Shown in pieces: positions 9,085 to 18,615 of a stretch of DNA of 64,000 nt. The stretch is taken from IMG/VR virus record IMGVR_UViG_3300014205_000188, positions 1-64,000 of that record; one strand, written 5' to 3'. Within the stretch, counting starts at the first letter, position 1, and every line of letters begins with the position of its first letter. The position numbers were made by a program, and so were the translations under genes. This stretch comes from a virus (Duplodnaviria; Caudoviricetes). Under the pieces are notes generated by a model. That model was not told where the DNA came from. It searched no databases and was given only the letters and a program-made list of their open reading frames with translations.

Positions 9085-9617
9085 TGGCACGCAAACTAAT
9101 CACAGAGATCGTCAGGGCCCGGGACGTGGTTCTGTTTTTCAAGGGTGACTCTTACACCGTGACTCTGGCTCCCGAGATGTTGGCTGGGGGATGGCCCGGG
9201 GGTCAGGGGGTCATGTGGACCGCTAACCCGAATGCGGATGTGATCACGGTCACGTACTCCGACGGGCGTTACGGTGGGTTTTTGGTGTGGGGGTCGGACG
9301 AGGTTTCAGATAGGCATACGGGTCTATCAGGGAATCAGTTGTCAAATGGATATGCCACTTTTTTTGCCGGTGGCTCTTTGATGTCGACCACCACGTATGA
9401 AAGGTACACTTGGGCCTCCCGTCAGGCGGGTCCTTTGGTTCCTTTGGTTTACCAAGCCAACGAAATCCTGTATTTGTCATTACGGGGATGGTGGACGAAT
9501 GAGGACGAGGCTACCTTGTCCGGTGCCGCCTATGCCCCCAACTTTTTCACTGGTTTTGTGGCTCAGACGCCGAAGGCGTCAAACAACTATTACCTTGGGA
9601 TCCAGACCGGCATGTGA
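9084..9617 (+). CDS. putative virion protein, paralog 3 of 3
   Basis: Same motif set, 177 aa; TAATG overlap. Confidence 0.6.
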   Translation: MARKLITEIVRARDVVLFFKGDSYTVTLAPEMLAGGWPGGQGVMWTANPNADVITVTYSDGRYGGFLVWGSDEVSDRHTGLSGNQLSNGYATFFAGGSLMSTTTYERYTWASRQAGPLVPLVYQANEILYLSLRGWWTNEDEATLSGAAYAPNFFTGFVAQTPKASNNYYLGIQTGM

Positions 9618-9677
9618 ATTTGGTCGGTAGTCTATAGAGACTGGTTCCTGATGGTCTATAAAGTCCTTGGAGGACAA

Positions 9678-10673
9678 ATGACAACAGCGATTGAATTTGA
9701 GTTTGGGGTCTTCCAGAAGTTTCGTGTGACTGGGACCTTCCTGCACTTAGGGGCTCATTCCCTAAATATCCCCGAGAACGCCATCATCGAGTTTGACGGC
9801 GTGGTTGTGAAGTACGGCGGGAAGGATTACGACGCCCCAGCCGTTCGTGGTGCTCTGAAGTTGGGTTGGATTGTGCCCGTAGCTGATAAGACATCGGGCT
9901 ACAAGGCCGCCCCCTCGGAACTGACCATGCATGCCTCGACTCCGACAACCTTTGACCGGGGTGCCGCTTCAAAGGTGTCACAGATCGATGCGGATGAGGA
10001 TGTCGTGGGCACTCTGGGAGCCTCGAATGCCAAGCGTGAGGCCGCCCGTGAGGCCGTTAGAGACGGTGGCCATCCCACGCTCCCGAAGGAGTTCCCCACG
10101 GGACGCCCGGTGAACGCAGCGAGGGTTGAACCCGTTTCGGCTGGGATCAAGAAGTTCTCGAAGACGCTTCTGAAAGCAGAAGACGATGAGATTGAGTGGT
10201 CCCCTGACTTGGGAGATGAGGAAGAGGAGGCCCCCGAGGTTGGTGTGGTTGTTGGGAAGATCCTCTCACCCGCGGTGAAGACGATCAAGTTGACGGACGA
10301 CTTCAGTGCCGATGCGGCCATGCGTGAGGTAGAGAACAGCAAGCCTGTTCGGGTCACCCGGAAGAAGGCCTCGGCTGATGTCTCGATCAAGACAAACCTT
10401 CCCAATGGAGCCACAGGAGATGTTGCGGAGATCATTGAGGGTGACACCCTAGAGGAGTTGCTTCCTGATGCCGCTGGTTCCCGTAAAGTGGTGGCCTTGG
10501 CTGTTGAGGGTGAGACCTTGACCTGGGATAAGTCGGGTCACCCCATGGACCGGGCTAAGAAAGCTCTGGAGATGTATGGGGACAATGCCCCAGCCTTGGA
10601 GGCCCTCATGGCTGTTGAGGCAAAAGCAGTTGTCAAGCAGATCCAGCAAGAGCTGAATCGTCGTTCCCGCTAG
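9678..10673 (+). CDS. hypothetical late/structural-region protein
   Basis: GGAGG SD before ATG 9678; late-type motif at 9621-9636. Confidence 0.65.
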   Translation: MTTAIEFEFGVFQKFRVTGTFLHLGAHSLNIPENAIIEFDGVVVKYGGKDYDAPAVRGALKLGWIVPVADKTSGYKAAPSELTMHASTPTTFDRGAASKVSQIDADEDVVGTLGASNAKREAAREAVRDGGHPTLPKEFPTGRPVNAARVEPVSAGIKKFSKTLLKAEDDEIEWSPDLGDEEEEAPEVGVVVGKILSPAVKTIKLTDDFSADAAMREVENSKPVRVTRKKASADVSIKTNLPNGATGDVAEIIEGDTLEELLPDAAGSRKVVALAVEGETLTWDKSGHPMDRAKKALEMYGDNAPALEALMAVEAKAVVKQIQQELNRRSR

Positions 10674-10720
10674 TCGGTTTATCGGCAGGCCCCCTGTAGG
10701 TGTAACCCCAGGGGGCCTGT

Positions 10721-11113
10721 ATGACACGATCCAAAGAAGCTAGCAGCCAAGCGGCCTGGGCCCTCCTCATGGAGGGCGTCACGAAAGCTCGGCTCGAGGC
10801 TCATCGATTGCAGCACCTTTTGGGAAGAGCCTCCGTACTGGTAGAGTCCTCTGAGCATAAGGAGTTGCTCTATCAGTTGGCCGGGGACATTATCGGGGGT
10901 GTCCCCGATCGACTCAATCAACTGTTGCTGACCCTAGATCGCACGGGTTACGCCCTTTCCAAGATGGGCCAGGAGTTTCTAGCTCCTCGATTGCCCTTGG
11001 GGGAGAAGACCTTGGTTGACGAGTCCATTGAGCCCGCCTTTGGACGGGCTCAGACGAGACACTCAGCCCGTTTGGTTGCCCACCGTTATCTCCGTTCTCT
11101 TGAGGTAGACTGA
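10721..11113 (+). CDS. helical probable head protein with C-terminal VAHRYL tag
   Basis: MTRSKEA at N-terminus, ARLVAHRYLRS at C-terminus. Confidence 0.6.
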   Translation: MTRSKEASSQAAWALLMEGVTKARLEAHRLQHLLGRASVLVESSEHKELLYQLAGDIIGGVPDRLNQLLLTLDRTGYALSKMGQEFLAPRLPLGEKTLVDESIEPAFGRAQTRHSARLVAHRYLRSLEVD

Positions 11114-13923
11114 TGAGACACCAGTCTGATTTGACTCCACCACTAGGTTGGCCCGGTGGCCCTTGCCACCTCGTTGAGCGCATCATCGAGGAGGTTGATA
11201 ATCCCCGTCTGGAACGGCAACTGGTCAATGAGGTGGAACGAGGGAACGAGTTGTCCAACCCCGCAGCCTCCCAGATCTATGAGGTAGAGAAAGAGCGTGG
11301 GGGCGGTGGCAACCTTTTCCAAAACATGCTGATTGGACCCCACGCCCAATATCGCATGGACCTACGAGGCGTGACGGTCCCCCAGATCCGAGTCTCTCTC
11401 AAGAACTTTTTCCGAGCCTTCAACGAGGGGAAAGCCAAAAACAGTAAAGAGTATCGGGACATGGCCCGAAACTGGGAGACAGGAGACTCTGTGAAGTGGG
11501 TGGACCCATCTCTGGGCCTCACCGTTGTCTTTTCCAATCAGGGTAATGGACAAGTCAAGATTGTAACGACCTATTGGGAAGGAGTGCCCGACCCCAAAGT
11601 GGGTCCTGGTACCTGCAATATCACGGCTGGATACTCTCCGCCGGCCCAAGATCTGAGTGGATGGAGGACTTTTGTTCCATCGACAGACGGTCCTGAGCGT
11701 GAGCATGCTACAAGTGCCCTGCCCTCCCCCCCGCATACACGTAGCAAGCCCATGGGGACGCCGCAGTTCAACACTCCGCCGTCTTCCGATGAGGCCCTTG
11801 ACGGGCATCCCCTACATTCGGACAAGACTCGAACCCAAGCCAAGCCCGGGGAGGATAGTCCCCATCCCGACGTAGAATTGACGGTGACCCCCGTGCGTAG
11901 GCCCGGCCTGACATCCGCAATCAAGGGGCCTCCTTACCCTGGCATGGAAAGACAGAGGGAACAGAAGGGGCAAGCGAAACGGTATTTCAAAAAGTACTAC
12001 CAGCGAAATCGCAATGGCATCAAGAGGCGGATGCGTAAGTGGTACAAGAAAAACCACAATAAACCTCAGGTGAAGAAAGACCGTGAGAGACGTCTGGATC
12101 ACCCTGAGAGGTTCCACCGTTTCGAGAATGGCTACAGCACCCTGAAGGAACGGTCTAAGGACGACAGGGAGAAGCAAGCCGCCCTTGACATTTGGGACAT
12201 GCCTGTCTGGTTTGAGTCTCAGCAGCAGTCCGCTGTGCTTCATAGTTTGGACGTGGATCAGGATGAGGCTGTCTTGCTTGTCGGGTCTCGGACCATCACC
12301 ATGTCTCTTGAGGACTTGTTGGAGGAGGTGACTCCTGAGGACGAGTCCGGGATGGACACCCTGTTTGACTACTTGGACAAGGCCCTTGACTATCAAGAGG
12401 AGCAGGAGATCAACAAGGAGGCAGGGCGGGGTCCTGAGTTCAAACTTGTGCGTCTGTACCATGTTAGCCCCGAGGCCAACATTCAGAAATTCAGGCCCGT
12501 TGGGTCACCTAAGTTTGGTCAGTCGGGACTCTTCGTGACATGGAACAAGAAGTCCATCTATCGGAGTTGGGCCGCATGGGTTGCCGCCAAGAAGTCGCTG
12601 AATCTGAGGGGGAACCCACAGTGGGTAGAACCCGCAGGGACCTACCGCACGTTAACCCTCTACACGTTGCTCCTTCCCCAGTACATGGTGACAGAAGCCA
12701 TGGAGCTTTTTGGGCGGATGCATCAAGAGGCCCTGATCAAATACCCTGATACTGCGCTTGCAGCATTTGGCTGGGACGTTGAACTGTTCCTCCCAGCTCA
12801 TATGCTCTCCTCCCTGGAGATTGTGGGCCGCGAGACACTCAGAGCACAGGCCATGGCCACGCCGCACAAAGTCCCCAGTAAGCCCCCGAAAGAGGAGCCA
12901 CATCCGAAGGACCCACTCCCCCTCAAAATGTACAAGGAGCTGAAGGCTCAGGTAGGTGAGGTCGTTCTGAGTCTTCCTCGGGAAAAAAGGCAGCAGATTG
13001 CGGAGTTGCTGACCGAGATCAGGAATTGGGACTTCTGGCCCTTCAGGGAATCTTACAGGACCCTGATGGACAAGGACAAGACCCTTTCACGGAGAAGACT
13101 GCAGTTGGACCACCAAGACCAACAGCGCAATCTGGCTCTGTCAATGTCTCAATTGCAGGAAAAGAGACTTGCGGTCCTCGCCTTGTTGGACGGGGCGAAG
13201 AAGGCCAACTTCTACATGGAGAAGGTCGCCCCTGACGTTGAACCCGATCAGGTGTTCAACAGGGCCACGCCCCGTAAGCGACCCAGTGATGAGGACCAAC
13301 CTCTGCCTGGTTTTGAGCCCAACAACAATCATGAGGTGACGGAGAACCCAGGGTCGGCAAAAGTGATCCCATGGAATTCAGACCTGGTGAACTTCAAGGG
13401 TGCCACTATGAGAGTGGCTACCAAGATCTCTGAGATCCAAACCCAATGTGATCCGACTCTGCTAGACCAAGCCGGTGCGTTGCAACCCATCCTGAAGAAA
13501 GTGGACCAGAAGAACTTGATCTGGTTCTGGGATGTGCCCGGTTCAAAAGGTGAGCCCTACCGTGTGAAGGTGAAGGCTATCACAAAGGGAAACATCACGT
13601 ATCTTGACAAGATGGACGTGTACGTCTCTTGCACTTGCCCCTATTGGCAATGGCAGGGCCCAGAACATTGGGCGAAGGCTGAGGGCTACCTGTACGGTAA
13701 ACCCGTGGGAACAGCGTCCAGTCCAACAGTTAAGGATCCCAACGCTACGCACAGGGCTTGTAAGCATGTCTTGGCGGTGTTCAATAAACTGGCTGGACTC
13801 TCCATGTTTCGGAAGAAACCGAAGCAGGGGTCCTTACAGCTGTCTTCCACGGAGGTCGCACGGCGGTATCTTACTAGGGTGGCTTCCGATGCACACCAGG
13901 AGTTGACAGATGCCGTACTATGA
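11113..13923 (+). CDS. 936-aa multidomain protein: DUF4258-like RNase fold, ADP-ribosyltransferase-like module, SWIM zinc finger
   Basis: HAQYRMDLRG...IVTTYW; LYHVS...GLFVT...VELFLP; SCTCPYW...ACKHVLAV; EVARRYL tag. Confidence 0.6.
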   Translation: MRHQSDLTPPLGWPGGPCHLVERIIEEVDNPRLERQLVNEVERGNELSNPAASQIYEVEKERGGGGNLFQNMLIGPHAQYRMDLRGVTVPQIRVSLKNFFRAFNEGKAKNSKEYRDMARNWETGDSVKWVDPSLGLTVVFSNQGNGQVKIVTTYWEGVPDPKVGPGTCNITAGYSPPAQDLSGWRTFVPSTDGPEREHATSALPSPPHTRSKPMGTPQFNTPPSSDEALDGHPLHSDKTRTQAKPGEDSPHPDVELTVTPVRRPGLTSAIKGPPYPGMERQREQKGQAKRYFKKYYQRNRNGIKRRMRKWYKKNHNKPQVKKDRERRLDHPERFHRFENGYSTLKERSKDDREKQAALDIWDMPVWFESQQQSAVLHSLDVDQDEAVLLVGSRTITMSLEDLLEEVTPEDESGMDTLFDYLDKALDYQEEQEINKEAGRGPEFKLVRLYHVSPEANIQKFRPVGSPKFGQSGLFVTWNKKSIYRSWAAWVAAKKSLNLRGNPQWVEPAGTYRTLTLYTLLLPQYMVTEAMELFGRMHQEALIKYPDTALAAFGWDVELFLPAHMLSSLEIVGRETLRAQAMATPHKVPSKPPKEEPHPKDPLPLKMYKELKAQVGEVVLSLPREKRQQIAELLTEIRNWDFWPFRESYRTLMDKDKTLSRRRLQLDHQDQQRNLALSMSQLQEKRLAVLALLDGAKKANFYMEKVAPDVEPDQVFNRATPRKRPSDEDQPLPGFEPNNNHEVTENPGSAKVIPWNSDLVNFKGATMRVATKISEIQTQCDPTLLDQAGALQPILKKVDQKNLIWFWDVPGSKGEPYRVKVKAITKGNITYLDKMDVYVSCTCPYWQWQGPEHWAKAEGYLYGKPVGTASSPTVKDPNATHRACKHVLAVFNKLAGLSMFRKKPKQGSLQLSSTEVARRYLTRVASDAHQELTDAVL

Positions 13924-14299
13924 TTTCCGTTGTGCCCAGTGCGACCTTGTTTTTGAGCGCATGGTCTCTTTTGCCGACTTTGACCTGAAGCAGGCTTGCC
14001 CCGACTGTGAGTCGGACCAGACCAATCGTTTGATCTCTAAGCCCCATGTCATTTTCAAGGGTGATGACTGGGCCAGCAAGAACATTCGGGTCAAGGGTCA
14101 AATGGCGAGGAAGAATGCTCGTCTTGACCAGAAGATGAAAGACCATGTGGCTCCCCCTTTGCCCCCCATGACTCCAAACGTGGACGGGGAGGTGACCAAG
14201 TCCTGGTCTGAGGCGAAGCAACTGGCTGGAAGCAAGGGCAAGGAAACCTCCACCTACGACCCTATGATCCAGCAAGAGAACAAGAGGAACAAAGCATGA
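13910..14299 (+). CDS. FmdB-family zinc-ribbon protein
   Basis: MPYYDFRCAQC...CPDC...RLIS...FKGDDW. Confidence 0.85.
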   Translation: MPYYDFRCAQCDLVFERMVSFADFDLKQACPDCESDQTNRLISKPHVIFKGDDWASKNIRVKGQMARKNARLDQKMKDHVAPPLPPMTPNVDGEVTKSWSEAKQLAGSKGKETSTYDPMIQQENKRNKA

Positions 14300-15099
14300 G
14301 TGACACTTTCGGCCCTTTGGCAGTCCGCCCAGGTATCTTGGAGCGGTCCACCCACATGATCGACTTCCTTGTCCGTAATCGGCCGGGAACCACGGGCTAC
14401 CGTCTGTGGGTGTCCCCCTCCCTGGAGGACGCCTATGGCACTCTGGCCACCAGTGGGTTAGCGGGCACTGGTGGAACAGCCGTGCTGGAGACCTATGCCG
14501 GAGGAGCAGGTCAAACCCAATCGGTAACTAAGCGCGGTTGGCGGGTGGAGGAGTCCAGACGGGGTCAGACCAGTTTCAGAGTTGACCCGGAGGACGTTGG
14601 CATCTCCGACGAGGTCTTTTTCTTTGTCCGGGTTCAGGAGCAACGTGCAGGCATCTGGATGGCGGTCCCTGCCCTGGCACCACTGAATGCCAGTTACCCT
14701 ATTCGTGGGCCCATTCTGGTTGTTCCTACGGCGGCTTTCCATGCCTCCTCGGCAGGAGTGATCACCCTCCAGGTCCTTGCCCCCTTGGGGACAGGCTGTG
14801 TGGGCGGTATGAATCCTTTCTGGGATAGCACCGTGCAAGTGCCACTCCCTTTGCATATCGTTCTGCCCAAGCCAGCGAACACCGTGATCGTGAAGAATGG
14901 GTCGGCTGGGGATGCTGCTCTGGTTTCTTACGGTATGGGGATGCCCATGCGAACACTCGATGCTGGAGAGTCCTCTATCCCGACAGGTGGTGGTTACTCT
15001 CAACCAGGGGTGAGAGAGATCGTCATTGCCTCCGATGGAACTGCCATCGCAGCGGTGCCCATCATCATCGAGTTGAGTATCGGAATGGAACTTGCCTGA
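14296..15099 (+). CDS. putative structural protein
   Basis: ATGA overlap; beta-rich 267 aa in the structural operon. Confidence 0.55.
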   Translation: MSDTFGPLAVRPGILERSTHMIDFLVRNRPGTTGYRLWVSPSLEDAYGTLATSGLAGTGGTAVLETYAGGAGQTQSVTKRGWRVEESRRGQTSFRVDPEDVGISDEVFFFVRVQEQRAGIWMAVPALAPLNASYPIRGPILVVPTAAFHASSAGVITLQVLAPLGTGCVGGMNPFWDSTVQVPLPLHIVLPKPANTVIVKNGSAGDAALVSYGMGMPMRTLDAGESSIPTGGGYSQPGVREIVIASDGTAIAAVPIIIELSIGMELA

Positions 15100-15201
15100 A
15101 AATAGGCCCTGAATATTGGGGTTATAGGGTCCCTGTACTGACCAAGCACTTGCTGGTTTTCAGGGCCATGCCAATGGTCGAACAACACAAAGAGGTCCAC
15201 G

Positions 15202-16458
15202 ATGCCTTACATCTGCCTTGCTAGGGGGGACATTCAGGACAGTACGGTTCAAGTACTGGATCTGTTTCCCAACACGTCACAGAATCCCATCATTGGGTCA
15301 CCGTCACAGACTCGGTACATTAACCGGGCAAAGACCACCATTCCGCAGCTGCAGACCACTGGGATGCTATCCGTTCCCTACGTGGACGGTCTTGGTGCCT
15401 ACCTGATGGATCGGGTTGAGACCGGACGAGGTGAGGTTTCCTCAGCCCGGCTTACTGTCAACAATCCGCTTGTTGCAGACCAAGTTGTCATCAAGGGCGT
15501 GTATTTTGAGTTCGCCGTTGGGGCAACAGACTTGACCAAGGCTGGAACTGTCGGCGACCCTATGCTGATTGATTGGGGGGGTGGTGGTATCAATGCTGCC
15601 ATGAACCTGCGTACCGCTTTGAATGACAATGTCAGTTTGGCCCCCTTGATGGACCTCATTGTCCCTCTTGGGCTTCATGTAAAGGCTGTACTCTCGGCCT
15701 TCGGAGACTACATCGACATTTCGGCAGAGGACGGGACCCCAGCTGATGTGACGGGTCCCGACGGTGACCTCTTCACGATCAGCACCTCGAACAACGTTCG
15801 GTTGGCCTTGACTGCGGCCGTTATTGCAGCAGGCACCTTCCTGCGTACCAACCCCAACTGGACCACCGCAACGTTGACGAGTCAGGTTGCCGCCATCATG
15901 AACCTGGTGGACACAGGCGCAGCTGCAACACTGGTTGCTCTGGACGGTCTGCTCTCCACCGTTGGTGCCGACCTCGCCGGAACGACCTACGCCGGAAGTC
16001 AGTCTACGGGAACCCTTGCCGACGTGCTCTCGATCCTCGCCGGTCGTGGTTACCGCATCCGTCAGTTCCACGAGATCACCGAGGTTGCCCACCAGTACCA
16101 GAACGCTGGGGTCTGGAACCCCGCGGTGCTCGGTGGCTTCACCCAGCTGGTACGTGAGTGGGGTGGTTCATGGGGCCACGGTGAAGTTCGACCCGCTACC
16201 GTCGGTGGAGACCTTGTTGCTCATGAGATTTCACCCATCAGGCACACGGTGGACACTGACTCCTTGCAAGTGTCTTTGGCAAGCGGTCACCTCGCCGTCT
16301 TCGGTGCAGCGGCCGGTATGCCCCCGGTGACACTCTGGCCCGATAGTGACTTGACCCCACACTATCCTTGGACGTTCCAAGGATCCCTGCAATTCCCCGA
16401 AGTCACCTCGGCTCGGGTACTCACAGTGTACGACGACAACGGCAACGTTCTAGTCTAA
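15202..16458 (+). CDS. putative virion structural protein (paralog of next gene, with insertion)
   Basis: N-term YI..AR.DI...Q.LDL.PNTSQ and C-term R...VYD..GNV shared with the 16471 ORF. Confidence 0.65.
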   Translation: MPYICLARGDIQDSTVQVLDLFPNTSQNPIIGSPSQTRYINRAKTTIPQLQTTGMLSVPYVDGLGAYLMDRVETGRGEVSSARLTVNNPLVADQVVIKGVYFEFAVGATDLTKAGTVGDPMLIDWGGGGINAAMNLRTALNDNVSLAPLMDLIVPLGLHVKAVLSAFGDYIDISAEDGTPADVTGPDGDLFTISTSNNVRLALTAAVIAAGTFLRTNPNWTTATLTSQVAAIMNLVDTGAAATLVALDGLLSTVGADLAGTTYAGSQSTGTLADVLSILAGRGYRIRQFHEITEVAHQYQNAGVWNPAVLGGFTQLVREWGGSWGHGEVRPATVGGDLVAHEISPIRHTVDTDSLQVSLASGHLAVFGAAAGMPPVTLWPDSDLTPHYPWTFQGSLQFPEVTSARVLTVYDDNGNVLV

Positions 16459-16470
16459 TAGGAGGACACC

Positions 16471-17265
16471 ATGGCACGCGCATACATCGTCTTTGCCCGT
16501 AAGGACATTCATCCCAACAGGCCCCAGATTCTGGACCTGTACCCCAATACCTCACAACGCAACTCCGTCCTGGACGGGGCTGGACAGACCGGCTACCTGA
16601 GCTGGATTGCCCAGAATGACACCATGGCAGCCCACACCAACGACGGTGGTGTGCTCAAGGCCACGGGGACCTACTACGGTTTGGCCACCTACCTGGCCGC
16701 CCGTATCGACGACATCACCACGGCCCCCGGTCAGCACCTGACCCCCACTGCCCCCAACTGCAACACGATCGCCACCGCAATCCTGGCACGGGTGAAGGCT
16801 GGAAGCGCATTGACCCTCGCCGGGATCAATGCCGCTATCCAGGTGACCTTGGCCACCTCCGGCATCGTGGGCACGGGTACCTCAACCGCCACAGTCGAAG
16901 AGATCCTTCGCATTGTGAGCGGCGAGGTGTTCAAGGTGTCAGCAACGGACGCGCTCTCGGGCGCAGCCGGCATTTTCCTGGGCACCGCCGGAGCCTTCGT
17001 GGTCCCGGTCACCACGAACAATGTGGTCACGTACCCGAGCGATTGGCGCCACGTCAGGACCTTCATCAACACTGGGTCCCTGCACCTGAGCCGTTACTCA
17101 GGTCACCTTTCGAAGTTGGCTGACGCCGCCTACGTTTGGTCCAATGCGTCCTTCACCTACGGGGCCGCGGGCACGGCACTCTGGATTGATGAGACCCACC
17201 TTACGACCACCACGGGTCGTGCAGTAGTCGTGTACGACGCCGCAGGGAACGTCATCACGAACTGA
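16471..17265 (+). CDS. putative virion structural protein
   Basis: AGGAGG SD; Thr/Ala/Gly-rich; paralog of 15202. Confidence 0.65.
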   Translation: MARAYIVFARKDIHPNRPQILDLYPNTSQRNSVLDGAGQTGYLSWIAQNDTMAAHTNDGGVLKATGTYYGLATYLAARIDDITTAPGQHLTPTAPNCNTIATAILARVKAGSALTLAGINAAIQVTLATSGIVGTGTSTATVEEILRIVSGEVFKVSATDALSGAAGIFLGTAGAFVVPVTTNNVVTYPSDWRHVRTFINTGSLHLSRYSGHLSKLADAAYVWSNASFTYGAAGTALWIDETHLTTTTGRAVVVYDAAGNVITN

Positions 17266-17289
17266 GTGTGACAATCGTCCTCCTATACC

Positions 17290-17324
17290 ACCGGCTAGGG
17301 TAGCAACCCCACCCTAGCCGGTGG
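17290..17324. promoter_or_regulatory. 13-bp perfect hairpin downstream of gene 16471
   Basis: CACCGGCTAGGGT...ACCCTAGCCGGTG. Confidence 0.6.
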
Positions 17325-17337
17325 GTGTACAAGGAGG

Positions 17338-17604
17338 ATGACCATGGACGAAGACGGGATGTACAGGACCAGTGACCTGTACTATGCTTCATTTCTGAAG
17401 GCAGCTGGAGTCCCCTTTCAAGGAGCAGTCCTGGAAGGGGCTTTGGTTTTCTTTATCTTTGAGCGTGTAGACGGACTCAGGGACCTCAAGAACGGTTACT
17501 ACAATAGGTCTGCCCAAGTGTCGGCCCTGGACTTTGCCGAGGCCGTGAAAGCACTCAAACCCCTTCTGTTCACCATCAGGGGGAATGATAGACCACGACC
17601 CTAG
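17338..17604 (+). CDS. DUF5659-like small protein
   Basis: YRTSDLYYASFLKAAG...FFIF...YYN pattern. Confidence 0.65.
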   Translation: MTMDEDGMYRTSDLYYASFLKAAGVPFQGAVLEGALVFFIFERVDGLRDLKNGYYNRSAQVSALDFAEAVKALKPLLFTIRGNDRPRP

Positions 17605-17616
17605 TGGAGGGAGTCA

Positions 17617-18510
17617 ATGGCAACCGTGAGTTTTACCCCCGGCCAACAGATCGGCCGGGGGGCCCTGGACATTTTCCTAGTCAACAGCGGAAGCTCACCC
17701 GTGAACGCGGCAGAGATCTACTATGCCATGTTCTACGTGGACCCCTCCCTTGTTGAAGTTCTAGTCGGCCCAGCCCAAAAAACTCCCGTGAACCCGCAAA
17801 TCGGAGAGTACTACGCCGCATTGAATGTTCCCATGGACGCTACCCTGGGCAACTATCGCATCCGGTGGTACTTCCGTGAGCATATCTCACAACCACTAAC
17901 CGAAGTGGTTCAAGAGTTCGTGATCACCACCCCTGAGAGCTTGGTGCCCGTCACGTACTCTGCAAGTAGCCTCTTCATGATGAACCGACTCCGCGGACTC
18001 CTCAGAGACCAAAACCCGGACAAGTTCTACCACTTCCGACCACCCGAGTATGAGGGGTCCGTCGGTAAATACAACAGGGTCTTCGGTCAGATCTGGGAAG
18101 ACGCCGAGTTGTTCGAGTACCTCTCCATGGGATTGGACTGGTTCAACATGTTCCCGCCCCTCTCCCAAGGGATTAGCACCCTCGACATCCTGGTGTCCAC
18201 CCTCCCAGCTTTTAAGACCGCCGTCATCTGGATGGCAGCCTCAACCGCCTGTTGGTCAATCTCCAACAACTGGGTCGCAGACGAGTTTGACTACAGCATC
18301 GGTGGCGTCAGCCTCACCTTGGAAAAGTCCTCCAAGTACCTGAGCCAAAAACAAGAAGCCGACGCCATGGCCGAACAAACCAAAGAAGCCAAACTCGCCA
18401 CCATGAAGTTCATCCGTGGACTCCAACAGCCACGCTTCGGTATGGGCGTTCGCTCAGCCTTTGGGCCCTTCACCGGCCGGGGCGTGCTCTCACCGAGAAA
18501 TTTCGTGTGA
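17617..18510 (+). CDS. putative head-tail adaptor/neck protein
   Basis: Ig-like N-half; RLRGLLRD...DEFDYSIGGVSLTLEKSSKY adaptor-like C-half; genomic position. Confidence 0.55.
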   Translation: MATVSFTPGQQIGRGALDIFLVNSGSSPVNAAEIYYAMFYVDPSLVEVLVGPAQKTPVNPQIGEYYAALNVPMDATLGNYRIRWYFREHISQPLTEVVQEFVITTPESLVPVTYSASSLFMMNRLRGLLRDQNPDKFYHFRPPEYEGSVGKYNRVFGQIWEDAELFEYLSMGLDWFNMFPPLSQGISTLDILVSTLPAFKTAVIWMAASTACWSISNNWVADEFDYSIGGVSLTLEKSSKYLSQKQEADAMAEQTKEAKLATMKFIRGLQQPRFGMGVRSAFGPFTGRGVLSPRNFV

Positions 18511-18547
18511 AGTTTTTTGTAAGTCCCCATTGACAAAAAGAATTATC

Positions 18548-18576
18548 TTGACACCAAAGTAACAGGCATGTAGACT
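18548..18576 (+). promoter_or_regulatory. sigma70-type promoter
   Basis: TTGACA(18548)-17 bp-TAGACT(18571). Confidence 0.7.
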
Positions 18577-18615
18577 CTAGGCATTCCAAACGGAGTAGGA
18601 GTCTACATGCCTGTT
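18561..18615 (+). promoter_or_regulatory. 17-bp perfect inverted repeat covering RBS and start codon of the endonuclease
   Basis: AACAGGCATGTAGACTC (18561-77) / GAGTCTACATGCCTGTT (18599-615); ATG at 18607. Confidence 0.85.

Noticed and set aside
8049-9617. Diversity-generating retroelement TR/VR
   Set aside because: No reverse transcriptase; differences are not adenine-specific; ordinary paralogy explains the similarity
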